NCBI GenBank assembly: GCA_039680665.1
Contig: JBDKSM010000138.1
Span: 18,135-82,134, forward strand
Direction of reading: 5' to 3'
Origin: Syntrophaceae bacterium
GTDB lineage: Bacteria; Desulfobacterota; Desulfomonilia; UBA1062
Length of the DNA stretch: 64,000 bases
The notes under the pieces are model-generated. The model worked only from the letters and a program-made list of their open reading frames with translations, was not told the DNA's origin and made no database searches. Below are positions 9,916-19,603 of this stretch, piece after piece (within the stretch, counting starts at the first letter, position 1; every line of letters starts with the position of its first letter). The position numbers and the translations under genes were made by a program.

Positions 9916-9936
9916 AGCCCTGGCATGAATGGTGCT
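9916..9936 (+). promoter_or_regulatory. sigma-54 (-24/-12) promoter candidate for ech operon
   Basis: aGCCCTGGCATgaatgGTGCt. GG at 9922-9923 and GC at 9934-9935. About 60 nt upstream of echA. 19 of 21 nt identical to the element at 6699-6719. Confidence 0.6.
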
Positions 9937-9995
9937 ATGGGGGTGTAGGTGCCGCTGAAGGCACGGATGCATTCTTAGGAAAAGGGGTACGCACT

Positions 9996-11903
9996 ATGAC
10001 AGCGCTGTTATTTTTGATACTCTTTCCACTCATTCCGGCCGTGCTGCTGTTGGCCGTCAAGCATGACGGCGCGCGCGGTGTCATCACGCGCCTGGCCGTG
10101 GGCGTCATTGTCGCTGCCTCCATCGGGCTGCCCTGGCTCATGAATGCGGGCCTGCCCGTCTATTTCAGCTTCGATGCCGAGTGGGCCGGCAAGGCTATGT
10201 TTTTCATCGAGATCTTCCTGGCCGGGCTGATATTTTTCTTGGGTCTCAAATACAAGCACTATCTGACGTCAGTCCTGATCACCCTGCAGTTCGCGTTGAT
10301 GGCCTGGTATGAGTTCTCCCTGTCAGGTACGGTTACCATTCAACAGCATCTCTTCCTCGACCGCCTCTCGCTCATTATGGCGATCATTATCGGGGTCATC
10401 GGCGGACTCATCTGTGTTTATGCCCTGGGTTACATGCGCGATTTCCATGACCACCACCGCGAAATGCCGGATCGCAGACCATATTTTTTCTTCGTCATGT
10501 TCGTCTTCCTTTCCGCCATGTTCGGGCTGGTCTTCGCCAACAACCTGGTGTGGCTGTTCTTCTTCTGGGAAGTCACAACCTTATGCTCCTTCTTGTTGAT
10601 CGGCTATACCAAGACGGCTGAGGCCACCGCCAATGCCTTCAAGGCCCTGATCATGAACCTGGGCGGCGGCCTGGCCTTTGCCGGAGCCATCGTCTGGTTG
10701 GCTTGGTCGGGCGGTCCCCTTGAGCTCAAGGCCCTTATCGCCTCGCCCCAGGCTATGGTCATGATCCCGGTGGCGCTGCTGTGCTTCGCCGGCATCACCA
10801 AATCGGCCCAGATGCCGTTTTCCTCCTGGCTCTTAGGCGCCATGGTGGCCCCTACGCCGACCTCGGCCCTGCTGCATTCCAGCACCATGGTCAAGGCCGG
10901 TGTTTATCTGGTCCTGCGTCTGGCGCCGGTCCTGGCTGGCAGCTATGTCGGCGCCGCGGTGGCCTTGGTGGGCGGCGTCACCTTTCTGCTGGCGGCCTTC
11001 ATCGCCATCTCGCAGAGCAACGCCAAGAAGGTGCTGGCCTATTCGACCGTATCCAACCTGGGCCTGATCGTCACCTGCGCCGGCGTCGGCACCGCGGCCG
11101 CGGTCTGGGCCGGGATCTTCCTGATCATCTTCCACGCCGTAGCCAAGTCGCTGCTCTTCCTGTGCGTGGGCACGCTGGAGCACCGCATCGGCAGCCGTGA
11201 TATCGAGGACATGGACAACATCCTGATCAAGATGCCCACCCTGGCCGTCATGGTGCTGATCGGCATCGGCGGGATGTTCGTGGCCCCCTTCGGCATGCTC
11301 ATCAGCAAGTGGGCCGCCATCCGGGCCTTTGTCCATGCCGGCCCCGTCATGAGCCCGATCCTGATCCTGCTCCTGGCCTACGGCAGCGCGGTCACGGTCT
11401 TTTTCTGGACCAAGTGGATGGCCAAAATCATGGAGGTCAGCGTGCTGCGCACCGGCCATGATCCGCTGGAAGACGCCATATCGTATGACGAGCGCTTCGC
11501 CCACTGGGCGCATACGGTGCTCACAATCGGCGTCTGCCTGGCCTTCCCGCTCGTATCCAGCCAGCTGGTCGAGCCGTATGTCGCCGAGGTCTTCGGGCAG
11601 GCCGCGGGCATGGAGGCGGGCAATCTCATGCTGACCGGCATCATGGTGGCGCTGATCCTGATCCTGCCGACAATCGCCTTCCCGTATCAGAGGAAGGCCG
11701 GGTATGTCTTCGGCACCGCCTACATGGCAGGACTCAATGAGTATCCGGACCGCATGTATGACGGATCACTCTCGCAGCGCCGCAAGGCCACCTTAAAAAA
11801 TTACTACCTCGCCGGAATCTTCGGCGAAGAAAAATTCATGAAAGTCGGGGTGTTGGCAGGGACCTGCCTGCTGGCACTCATGCTGGGAGCGGCACTCTTA
11901 TGA
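9996..11903 (+). CDS. echA: energy-converting [NiFe] hydrogenase membrane subunit EchA (NuoL/HyfB-like antiporter subunit)
   Basis: 635-aa polytopic membrane protein with NuoL/MnhA-type motifs. First gene of a 6-gene complex-I-like hydrogenase operon. Confidence 0.8.
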   Translation: MTALLFLILFPLIPAVLLLAVKHDGARGVITRLAVGVIVAASIGLPWLMNAGLPVYFSFDAEWAGKAMFFIEIFLAGLIFFLGLKYKHYLTSVLITLQFALMAWYEFSLSGTVTIQQHLFLDRLSLIMAIIIGVIGGLICVYALGYMRDFHDHHREMPDRRPYFFFVMFVFLSAMFGLVFANNLVWLFFFWEVTTLCSFLLIGYTKTAEATANAFKALIMNLGGGLAFAGAIVWLAWSGGPLELKALIASPQAMVMIPVALLCFAGITKSAQMPFSSWLLGAMVAPTPTSALLHSSTMVKAGVYLVLRLAPVLAGSYVGAAVALVGGVTFLLAAFIAISQSNAKKVLAYSTVSNLGLIVTCAGVGTAAAVWAGIFLIIFHAVAKSLLFLCVGTLEHRIGSRDIEDMDNILIKMPTLAVMVLIGIGGMFVAPFGMLISKWAAIRAFVHAGPVMSPILILLLAYGSAVTVFFWTKWMAKIMEVSVLRTGHDPLEDAISYDERFAHWAHTVLTIGVCLAFPLVSSQLVEPYVAEVFGQAAGMEAGNLMLTGIMVALILILPTIAFPYQRKAGYVFGTAYMAGLNEYPDRMYDGSLSQRRKATLKNYYLAGIFGEEKFMKVGVLAGTCLLALMLGAALL

Positions 11904-12760
11904 AAACCATCGCCATCGGTATCGCGTATGTCATACTGGCCCCGGTCATCGGCGGGCTGTTGGTCGGACTGGACCGCATCATCTCGGCGCGTATGCAACG
12001 CAGGGTCGGCCCGCCCATCCTGCAGCCGTTCTATGACATATTCAAGCTCCTCCAGAAGAAGACCGTGGTGGTCAACCGCCTGCAGAACCCTGCTATTTTC
12101 TGCCACCTCTTTTTCATGATCGCCACGGGCTTCTTGTTTTTCGAGGGCAGTGACATCCTTCTGATCATCTTCGTGCTCACGCTTTCCGGGGTCTTCCTGG
12201 TCCTGGCCGCCTCGGCCTCGGGATCGCCCTTCTCGCATATCGGCGCCGAACGCGAGCTCATTCTCATGACGGCCTACGAGCCCATGGTGCTCATGATGCT
12301 GGTCGGCATCTACAAGGTCACGGACAGCTTCCACTTCTACGCCATATTGGAGAGCGCTAAGCCCCTGATCGTTTACCTGCCCGGGATCTTTGTGGGCTTC
12401 CTTTATATCCTGACCATGAAGCTCAGGAAATCGCCCTTCGATATCTCCTATTCGCATCACGCCCACCAGGAGCTGGTCAAGGGCATCATGTCGGATATGT
12501 CGGGTAAGTCCATCGCCATGGTCGAGATCGCGCACTGGTATGAGAACGTCTTCCTCTTAGGCCTTGTCTATCTCTTCTTCGGCTTCTCGCCCGTGCTGGG
12601 TATCGCGGCCGTGATCCTGACCTATGTATTCGAGATCCTTGTTGACAATACCTTCGCCCGTTTCCGCTGGGAGCTCGCCTTCCGCTCGGCCTGGCTGGTA
12701 GCCCTGGTGCTGGGCGGCGGGAACCTGATCGCACTGTACGCCCTGATGGGAGGAGCATGA
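11900..12760 (+). CDS. echB: Ech hydrogenase membrane subunit EchB (NuoH/HycD-like)
   Basis: NuoH-like N-terminus (ARMQRRVGPPILQPFYDIFKLL). 4-nt overlap with echA. Confidence 0.8.
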   Translation: MKTIAIGIAYVILAPVIGGLLVGLDRIISARMQRRVGPPILQPFYDIFKLLQKKTVVVNRLQNPAIFCHLFFMIATGFLFFEGSDILLIIFVLTLSGVFLVLAASASGSPFSHIGAERELILMTAYEPMVLMMLVGIYKVTDSFHFYAILESAKPLIVYLPGIFVGFLYILTMKLRKSPFDISYSHHAHQELVKGIMSDMSGKSIAMVEIAHWYENVFLLGLVYLFFGFSPVLGIAAVILTYVFEILVDNTFARFRWELAFRSAWLVALVLGGGNLIALYALMGGA

Positions 12761-12761
12761 T

Positions 12762-13193
12762 ATGGCTTACTTCAAGAAATCACCCTGGCTCATTCATTAC
12801 GACGGGTCGAGCTGCAACGGCTGCGACATCGAGGTGCTGGCATGCCTGACGCCCTTATACGATGTCGAGCGTTTCGGCATCATCAACACCGGCAATCCCA
12901 AGCATGCCGATATCTTCCTGGTCACGGGCTCGGTCAATCAGCAGAACGTGGATATCATCCGCAACATCTATAACCAGATGCCCGAGCCCAAGGTGGTGAT
13001 CGCCGCCGGCATCTGCGCCTGTTCGGGCGGGATCTTCGCCGAGTGTTACAACGTCATGGGCGGCATCGACAAGGTCATCCCGGTGGACGTGTATGTCCAG
13101 GGCTGCGCGGTGCGGCCCGAGGCCATCATCGACGGTGTCGTCAAGGCTTTAGCCATCTTAGAAGAACGCTACGCGCGTGCAAAGGCGGCATAA
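12762..13193 (+). CDS. echC: Ech hydrogenase small subunit EchC (NuoB-like)
   Basis: NuoB-type Cys ligands (SCNGC...GxCAxSGG). 143 aa. Confidence 0.8.
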   Translation: MAYFKKSPWLIHYDGSSCNGCDIEVLACLTPLYDVERFGIINTGNPKHADIFLVTGSVNQQNVDIIRNIYNQMPEPKVVIAAGICACSGGIFAECYNVMGGIDKVIPVDVYVQGCAVRPEAIIDGVVKALAILEERYARAKAA

Positions 13194-13195
13194 TT

Positions 13196-13567
13196 ATGAA
13201 CGCTAAGCGAACCATGATCAAAATGGAAAACCAGGAACTCCTCAAGGCGGTTGAGGGTTACTGCGCGCAGGGGTACCGCCTCGTCCAGATCTGTTGCGTC
13301 AAGGAAACCGAAGGACTTGTGCTCCACTACACCTTTGACAAAGACTACGACCTCATCGATCTGAGCATCAGCATCGCCGAAGGAGCCCCGGTCCCGAGCA
13401 TCACGACGATTTACCCCTGCGCCTTTCTCTACGAGAACGAGATCCACGATCTCTTTGGGCTGACCATCCAGGACATCAACGTGGATTTCAAGGGGCTGCT
13501 CTACAAGGTAACGGTGGCCAGACCGTTCAATCCAGCCGTCGACCCAGCGGCCCGCGAGAGGAGCTAG
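13196..13567 (+). CDS. echD: Ech hydrogenase subunit EchD (NuoC-like)
   Basis: ATG at 13196 follows echC stop by 2 nt. NuoC-like fold by eye. The listed ORF 13043-13567 is an artefactual 5' extension. Confidence 0.7.
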   Translation: MNAKRTMIKMENQELLKAVEGYCAQGYRLVQICCVKETEGLVLHYTFDKDYDLIDLSISIAEGAPVPSITTIYPCAFLYENEIHDLFGLTIQDINVDFKGLLYKVTVARPFNPAVDPAARERS

Positions 13568-13570
13568 GCC

Positions 13571-14665
13571 ATGTCATCCGTCTCATCGTCCAAACATACC
13601 GTCATCCCCTTCGGACCCCAGCATCCGGTGCTGCCCGAACCCCTGCACTTTGATTTCGTGCTGGAGGATGAAAAGATTGTCGATGTCATCCCCTCCATCG
13701 GGTATGTCCACCGCGGGCTGGAGATCCTGGCCAGCAAAAAGGAATTCACCGAGTTTGTCTATGTCGCCGAGCGCATATGCGGCATCTGCAGCTTCATCCA
13801 CGGCATGGGGTACTGCGAGGCCCTGGAGGAGATCATGCACATCGAGGTGCCGGGGCGCGCCCAAAACCTGCGGGTGATCTGGAGCGAGCTTTCCCGCGTG
13901 CATAGCCACCTCCTCTGGTTGGGCTTGGCCGCGGACGCCTTCGGATTCGAGAACCTTTTCATGCAGGCCTGGCGGGCCCGTGAAGGCGTGCTCGACATCA
14001 TCGAGGAGACCACCGGCGCACGTGTCATCTTTGGGGCCTGCAAGATCGGAGGCGTACGCAAGGATATCGATGGCGACACGCTTTCACGTATCGCGGATGT
14101 CCTTAACAAGCTGCAAAGCGAGGTCCAGGCGGTCTGTGACATCTTCCTGAAGGACAGCTCGGTGAAACACCGCCTATGCGGAGTGGGCCTCCTCTCTCGG
14201 GAAGATGCCTATGCCTTGGGCGCGGTGGGACCCATGCTGCGCGCCAGCGGGCTGGCCTATGATTGTCGCAAGCTGGGCTATGCCGCCTTTTCCGACATCA
14301 ATTTTTCCATCGTGACCGAGACGGACGGCGACTGCTACGCACGCTGTAGCGTGCGTATCCGCGAGATCTACCAGTCCTTCGACATCATCCGCCAGACCAT
14401 AGCCAAGATGCCGGGCGGCGAAATCTGCGCCAAGTTCAAGGGCGTGCCGGACGGTGAAGCGCTGGTACGCTTCGAACAGCCGCGCGGCGAAGTGGTCTAT
14501 TACGTCAAGGCCAACGGCACCAAGTTTCTGACGCGCTTCCGCGCCCGCACCCCCACCTTCGCCAATATCCCGGCCATGATGCAGGTGCTGAAAGGCGCAA
14601 ACTTCGCGGATGTTCCCACCATCGTCCTTACCATCGACCCGTGCATCAGCTGTACCGAGAGGTGA
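13571..14665 (+). CDS. echE: Ech [NiFe] hydrogenase large subunit EchE (NuoD-like)
   Basis: N-terminal RICGICSFIHG and C-terminal DPCISCTER Ni-Fe CxxC ligand pairs. Confidence 0.85.
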   Translation: MSSVSSSKHTVIPFGPQHPVLPEPLHFDFVLEDEKIVDVIPSIGYVHRGLEILASKKEFTEFVYVAERICGICSFIHGMGYCEALEEIMHIEVPGRAQNLRVIWSELSRVHSHLLWLGLAADAFGFENLFMQAWRAREGVLDIIEETTGARVIFGACKIGGVRKDIDGDTLSRIADVLNKLQSEVQAVCDIFLKDSSVKHRLCGVGLLSREDAYALGAVGPMLRASGLAYDCRKLGYAAFSDINFSIVTETDGDCYARCSVRIREIYQSFDIIRQTIAKMPGGEICAKFKGVPDGEALVRFEQPRGEVVYYVKANGTKFLTRFRARTPTFANIPAMMQVLKGANFADVPTIVLTIDPCISCTER

Positions 14666-14668
14666 ACA

Positions 14669-15019
14669 ATGGCATTTTTCAGCATGGCAGGATCAACACT
14701 AGCGAATCTCTTCAAGAAACCGGCCACGCGCCTGTATCCGGCGGTCGAGCCTAAATGCTCGGCCATCACCCGCGGCCACGTGGCTATTGAGGTAAACCAG
14801 TGCGTCTTCTGCGGCATCTGCGGTAAGAAGTGCCCCACGCTGGCCATCGAAGTGAACCGCGAGGCCAAGACCTGGGAGATTCAGCGGCTCAAGTGCATCG
14901 CCTGCGCCAATTGCTGCGAGGCCTGCCCCAAGCACTGCCTGCGCATGGACAGCGCTTATTCCCAGCCGGTGTCGTCTTTGGAAAAAGAGCTCGCGCACGA
15001 GGTGGCCAGGGGTGCATGA
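14669..15019 (+). CDS. echF: Ech hydrogenase 2x[4Fe-4S] ferredoxin subunit EchF (NuoI-like)
   Basis: Two CxxCxxCxxxCP motifs. Confidence 0.8.
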   Translation: MAFFSMAGSTLANLFKKPATRLYPAVEPKCSAITRGHVAIEVNQCVFCGICGKKCPTLAIEVNREAKTWEIQRLKCIACANCCEACPKHCLRMDSAYSQPVSSLEKELAHEVARGA

Positions 15020-15443
15020 ATTCGCACTAGCAGCCGAGATCGTCGGCATCGCCGCTGACAAGGCCGCGCAAGGAGGCCCTGCCGGTGTGCCGCATATCGA
15101 GCTTATCATCGACGAGATGAGCGGCTGCTCTGCCCAAAGGCTGGGCCAGTATTTCGAGTTCCTCTCCGAGGAAGCCGGTCTTGCCGGCGCCAGGCTTACG
15201 GTAACCGCTACCAAGGCGCGCATGGAATGTTTGAGCTGCGGCACTGCCTTCGAGCGTCGGCGCTTTGCGCTCACCTGCCCTGTCTGTATGGGAACGGCGC
15301 GGCCAAGCCCGGCCGCCCAAACCCTGATCATCGATGATTGCGAAATTCTAACACACACAGCCAACCCTCTTTTCCCCTTTGTTTCACGGCTAGAGCAAAA
15401 GAAGGTCGCCCATCCAACCCCCACCCCACAAGGGTTAAAATAG
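15012..15443 (+). CDS. hypA: hydrogenase nickel-insertion protein HypA (GTG start, C-terminally extended)
   Basis: MHEFALAAEIV N-terminus. CxxC...CxxC zinc finger (CLSCG...CPVCMG). Overlaps echF by 8 nt. Confidence 0.75.
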   Translation: MHEFALAAEIVGIAADKAAQGGPAGVPHIELIIDEMSGCSAQRLGQYFEFLSEEAGLAGARLTVTATKARMECLSCGTAFERRRFALTCPVCMGTARPSPAAQTLIIDDCEILTHTANPLFPFVSRLEQKKVAHPTPTPQGLK

Positions 15444-15459
15444 GGCGACCTTCTTTTGC
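15395..15459 (+). repeat. 17-bp perfect inverted repeat / long stem-loop spanning the hypA stop
   Basis: GCAAAAGAAGGTCGCCC (15395-15411) and GGGCGACCTTCTTTTGC (15443-15459) with a 31-nt loop, followed by T-rich sequence. Confidence 0.6.
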
Positions 15460-15543
15460 GACCGCCATGATCTGGAAGGGGAACGCAAAGACCAGTAATA
15501 CGGCGATAGGGTTGGAAAGAACCTGATACTAAGAGGAGGAAAC

Positions 15544-17496
15544 ATGGGTAAAGGCTATATGGGAAAGATCCTCACCGTTGATCTTGATAACGCGACCTGG
15601 ACGGAAGAACAGGTAAGCGATGAGATCTATGAGCAGTATCTTGCCGGGCAAGGGCTGGGCGCCTACATTCTGTATAACCGCATCCCGGCCGGGGCCGATC
15701 CGCTGGGACCCGACAACCTGCTGGGCTTCATGGCCGGACTCCTGACCGGCACCGGCAGCCTCTTTTCCGGACGCTGGACCGTGGTGGGCAAATCACCCTT
15801 GACCGGCGGCTGGGGCGACGCCAATTGCGGCGGCCAGTTCGCGCCGGCCATCAAACGCTGCGGTTATGACGGTATCTTCTTCAAGGGCATCAGTGCCAAG
15901 CCGGTCTATCTGCTGATCGAACACGGCAAGATCGAGCTCAAGGACGCTACCGGGCTGTGGGGCAAAGACGCCGTGGAGACCGAGGAAATCCTCATGGAAG
16001 AACACGGCACGGATGTCCGCGTGGCCACCATTGGGCAGTCGGGAGAAAACCTCTCGCTTATCTCCGGCATCTGCAACGACCGCGGCCGCATCGCCGCCCG
16101 CTCGGGTTTGGGCGCGGTCATGGGTTCCAAGAAGCTCAAGGCCGTAGTCTTGAAAGGGTGCCTGCGCATCGGGACGGATAACGATTACGAGATCAAGCGC
16201 ATCAGCCAGAAATGCAACCGCTGGGTGCAGTTCCATCTTCCCAAATGGCCTGGGTTCTTGAACGCCTACCTGGGCGCGGGCATAGGGCTTCTCCCCTCCC
16301 AGATGGCCATCGACGGCTTTCTCTACAAGGTTCTGAACCGGATCTGGGGCACCAGCAGCATGAACCAGATGTCGATCGGCATGGGCGACTCGCCTATCAA
16401 GAACTGGAAGGGCAGCAACGTGGACTTTGGACTGAAGAAATCGAAGACCGTCAATGCCGATGTATTCACTAAATGCGAGACCGTGAAGTATCATTGCTAT
16501 TCCTGCCCCCTGGGCTGCGGCGGGATCTGTTCGATCAGCGGCAAATATACCGAGACCCACAAGCCCGAATACGAAACCGTGCTGGCTTTAGGCGGACTTG
16601 TCATGAATGAAGACGCCGACAGCATCTTCTACCTCAATGAGGTTCTCAACCGCGCCGGTATGGATACCATCTCGGCTGGCGGCACCGTGGCCTATGCCAT
16701 TGAATGCTTTGAAAAGGGCATCCTTACCCGCGAAGATACCGGCGGCCTTGAGCTCACCTGGGGTAACACCGAGGCTATCGTGGCCCTAATCGAAAAGATG
16801 GTAAAACGCGAGGGCATCGGCGAAATTCTGGCCGACGGCTCCAAGGCGGCCGCCAAAAAGATCGGTAAAGGGTCCATCGACTACGCCATCCAGGCCGGAG
16901 GCCAGGAACCGGCCATGCACGACGGCCGCGGAGATCCGGGCTTCGGTCTGCATTACTCGGTCGAGCCCACCCCGGGACGGCATACGATTGGGTCCCAGCT
17001 GTATTATGAAATGTTCCAGCTCTGGAAGGCGGTCAAGGGGTTGCCCAAGATCAAACCTCTGTATCACAAGGACGAGAAATACGTCGCGGATGAGGGCAAG
17101 ACTCTGCAGGCCGCGGCCTGCAGTAAGTACATGAACATCGTCAATGCCTGCGGCATGTGTCTGTTCGGGGTCTTCCTGGGCATCAAACGCATCCCGACCT
17201 TTGACTGGATCAATGCCGCCACGGGCTGGGACATGAGCCCTAACGACTACATGGATATCGGTGAGCGTATCCAGACCATCAAGCAGGCCTTCAATGTCAA
17301 GCACGGGATCGAGCCCAGGGAGTACAAGCTCTCCGATCGGGCCTTAGGTCTTCCGCCGCTTACCGAAGGCGCCAACAAGGGGCGCACCGTCCCGATCGAC
17401 AAGCTCAGGCACGATTACTGGCAGCACTTCGATTGGGACCCGCAGACCGGCAAACCGACCGAGAAGGCCCTCAAGCGTCTGGGCATTCAATCCTAA
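15544..17496 (+). CDS. aor: tungsten-type aldehyde:ferredoxin oxidoreductase
   Basis: Typical AOR N-terminus (MGKGYMGKILTVDL). 650 aa. AGGAGG RBS. Confidence 0.85.
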   Translation: MGKGYMGKILTVDLDNATWTEEQVSDEIYEQYLAGQGLGAYILYNRIPAGADPLGPDNLLGFMAGLLTGTGSLFSGRWTVVGKSPLTGGWGDANCGGQFAPAIKRCGYDGIFFKGISAKPVYLLIEHGKIELKDATGLWGKDAVETEEILMEEHGTDVRVATIGQSGENLSLISGICNDRGRIAARSGLGAVMGSKKLKAVVLKGCLRIGTDNDYEIKRISQKCNRWVQFHLPKWPGFLNAYLGAGIGLLPSQMAIDGFLYKVLNRIWGTSSMNQMSIGMGDSPIKNWKGSNVDFGLKKSKTVNADVFTKCETVKYHCYSCPLGCGGICSISGKYTETHKPEYETVLALGGLVMNEDADSIFYLNEVLNRAGMDTISAGGTVAYAIECFEKGILTREDTGGLELTWGNTEAIVALIEKMVKREGIGEILADGSKAAAKKIGKGSIDYAIQAGGQEPAMHDGRGDPGFGLHYSVEPTPGRHTIGSQLYYEMFQLWKAVKGLPKIKPLYHKDEKYVADEGKTLQAAACSKYMNIVNACGMCLFGVFLGIKRIPTFDWINAATGWDMSPNDYMDIGERIQTIKQAFNVKHGIEPREYKLSDRALGLPPLTEGANKGRTVPIDKLRHDYWQHFDWDPQTGKPTEKALKRLGIQS

Positions 17497-17506
17497 GGAG
17501 GCGCAC

Positions 17507-17959
17507 ATGTCGTATTCCATAACCGAAATCTGCACCGGCTGCGGGGCCTGCGTCCGGGTCTGCCCGGCTCAGGCCATCAGCGGTGAAAAGAAAAAACCCC
17601 ACACCATCAAGGCGGAGTTGTGCATCGACTGCGGTGCCTGCGGACGCGTCTGCCCCAAGGGCGGTATCCGGAATAGCATCGGGCATACCTGCGCGGCCGT
17701 CAAACGCACCCTTTGGCCAAAGCCCCAGATCGACAACAAGACCTGCATGTCCTGCAGTATCTGCATCGACGCCTGCCCGGCCGGTTGTCTGGCGCTCTCC
17801 GGCGCCTCCGGCAAGGACCCCCACGGCCACCCCTATCTGGCCGATGAAAAGAAGTGCATCGCCTGCGGTTACTGCGCCGTCGAATGCCCGGTCATGGCCA
17901 TCATCATGGCCGTCCCCCAACCGGAGCCGGCGCAAGCGGCAGCCCCGGAGAGCGTATAG
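17507..17959 (+). CDS. poly-ferredoxin (four [4Fe-4S] motifs), putative AOR electron acceptor
   Basis: Four CxxCxxCxxxCP motifs in 150 aa. Confidence 0.8.
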   Translation: MSYSITEICTGCGACVRVCPAQAISGEKKKPHTIKAELCIDCGACGRVCPKGGIRNSIGHTCAAVKRTLWPKPQIDNKTCMSCSICIDACPAGCLALSGASGKDPHGHPYLADEKKCIACGYCAVECPVMAIIMAVPQPEPAQAAAPESV

Positions 17960-18235
17960 GGTCTTATCCCATCCTCTTTCCCCAACAGAGGGAAAGGGGA
18001 TGGAGAAGGACTCTCGTCTCAGGACTTCATATTCAACGCCATTATTTAACCTACATCACTGAGTAGACCTGGCCGTTCATCAAGACTCTTCCTTCAAATA
18101 CCCCACGCTTTGGACCAGGATGATTCTTTGATGGTCTGCCAGGCGTATGGCCTTGGGCAGGACTCCTTGGCGAAGGAAGCTCTGATAACCGTGGTCAGAT
18201 GCGCCTGGGCGCAATAGAAATACATTCGCTTGAAT

Positions 18236-18278
18236 AAAAAGTCGCCCCCAGTGGATGGGCAGGATCACTGGGGGCGAC
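18236..18278 (-). terminator. rho-independent terminator of the Fe-ADH gene
   Basis: Perfect 13-bp stem (GTCGCCCCCAGTG / CACTGGGGGCGAC) with a 12-nt loop, followed on the minus strand by UUUUUAUU. Confidence 0.7.
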
Positions 18279-18367
18279 GGCTGATGGGGTGATACGATGA
18301 TTGGTTTAGTAAATACTTTTCAAGATCGCCATGCCGTCGTCATATTTATATGCAATCATGGTGTTGG

Positions 18368-19603
18368 CTAGGCTTTGAGCGATCTGATAACCGCCATGCA
18401 ATCCTTTTTGCACATGATTTTCGGCACGGGATAGGTGGGGTTGCATTCAAGCAATGCGCGCTCCGCGATGAGCGGGATGTCGGCGTCCTTGATGCAATCG
18501 AACTTGTTCGGGATGTTCATTCTCTGGTTGAGGGCCTTGACGGCTTCGATAAAAGCCTTGGCCTTCGCTGCATTGCTCATGCCGGGTTTGGAAACGCCGA
18601 TCAGTTCCGCAAGCTGGGCCAGGGGCTTGTGCGCCGCTTCGCCGTACCATTCCAGGACATAGGGCATGATAACCGACATGGCCAGTCCATGCGGAACGTT
18701 ATACATGCCGCCGAGGTTGTGGCCGATGCCGTGCACGTAACCGACCCCGCCCCGTGTGAACGTATACCCCGCGTAATATGCGGCCCGCAGCATCTGTCCG
18801 CGCGCTTCAAGGTCTTTGCCGTCTTTATAGGCTTTCTCAATGTTGTTGAAGATCATTTCAACGGCCAGAAGGGCTTTTACCGTGGTATCCGTACTATTAT
18901 AGAACTTGCCGATATAGGACTCGACCGCATGCGTCAAGGCATCCATGCCCGTTGTCGAGGTAATGTGAGGCGGAAGGCCGACGGTCAGCACCGGGTCAAG
19001 CACCGCGTAGCGCGGACGGATGACCGGGTCGGTGATTGGAGATTTTTCATGTGTCTGAGGGTTCGATACGACCGCCGCGATGGTGGTCTCGGAACCCGTA
19101 CCGGCGGTGGTCGGAACCGCGAAGATCGTCGGAGGGAAAAGCGATCCCATTTTAATGGCGGGAAGCATGACCTTGAACAGCCCCCGCATCTGGTTGACCG
19201 ATCGCGCCGGGCGGGCAACCCGTGCGCCCACGCCTTTGGCGCAATCCATCGGGGATCCGCCGCCGAAGGCTATGATTGCTTGGCAGTTGTTGGCATGATA
19301 GATTTTCAGGGCGGCTTCTATGTTGTCGAAGGTGGGATTGGGTTGCACCTGATCATAGAGCGCATACTGAACACCTGCAGCTCCGAGGGCCTCAAAAAGT
19401 GAATCGAGCAGGTGCAGGCTCATAAGGACAGGGTCGGTGACTACCAGAACTCTGGTGAAGCCTTTATTTTTGATGACCGCGGGTAGTTTCTTTATGCTAT
19501 CCGCCCCATCGATGATTTCGGGTTCGATCCAGGGCAGAACCTTCATTCCCAGACCCATGACGAATTGATAGATGCGATAATACACTTTTTTTAAAATCCA
19601 CAT
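18368..19603 (-). CDS. iron-containing (group III) alcohol dehydrogenase
   Basis: Fe-ADH family signature regions (GGGSPMDCAKG; His-rich metal site GxxHxxxH). GGAGGT RBS. Confidence 0.85.
   Translation of the reverse strand: MWILKKVYYRIYQFVMGLGMKVLPWIEPEIIDGADSIKKLPAVIKNKGFTRVLVVTDPVLMSLHLLDSLFEALGAAGVQYALYDQVQPNPTFDNIEAALKIYHANNCQAIIAFGGGSPMDCAKGVGARVARPARSVNQMRGLFKVMLPAIKMGSLFPPTIFAVPTTAGTGSETTIAAVVSNPQTHEKSPITDPVIRPRYAVLDPVLTVGLPPHITSTTGMDALTHAVESYIGKFYNSTDTTVKALLAVEMIFNNIEKAYKDGKDLEARGQMLRAAYYAGYTFTRGGVGYVHGIGHNLGGMYNVPHGLAMSVIMPYVLEWYGEAAHKPLAQLAELIGVSKPGMSNAAKAKAFIEAVKALNQRMNIPNKFDCIKDADIPLIAERALLECNPTYPVPKIMCKKDCMAVIRSLKA

Noticed and set aside
13043-13567. 174-aa ORF suggesting a long EchD overlapping echC
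   Set aside because: The upstream 150 nt are in a different frame of echC. A clean ATG at 13196, 2 nt after the echC stop, gives a NuoC-sized protein.
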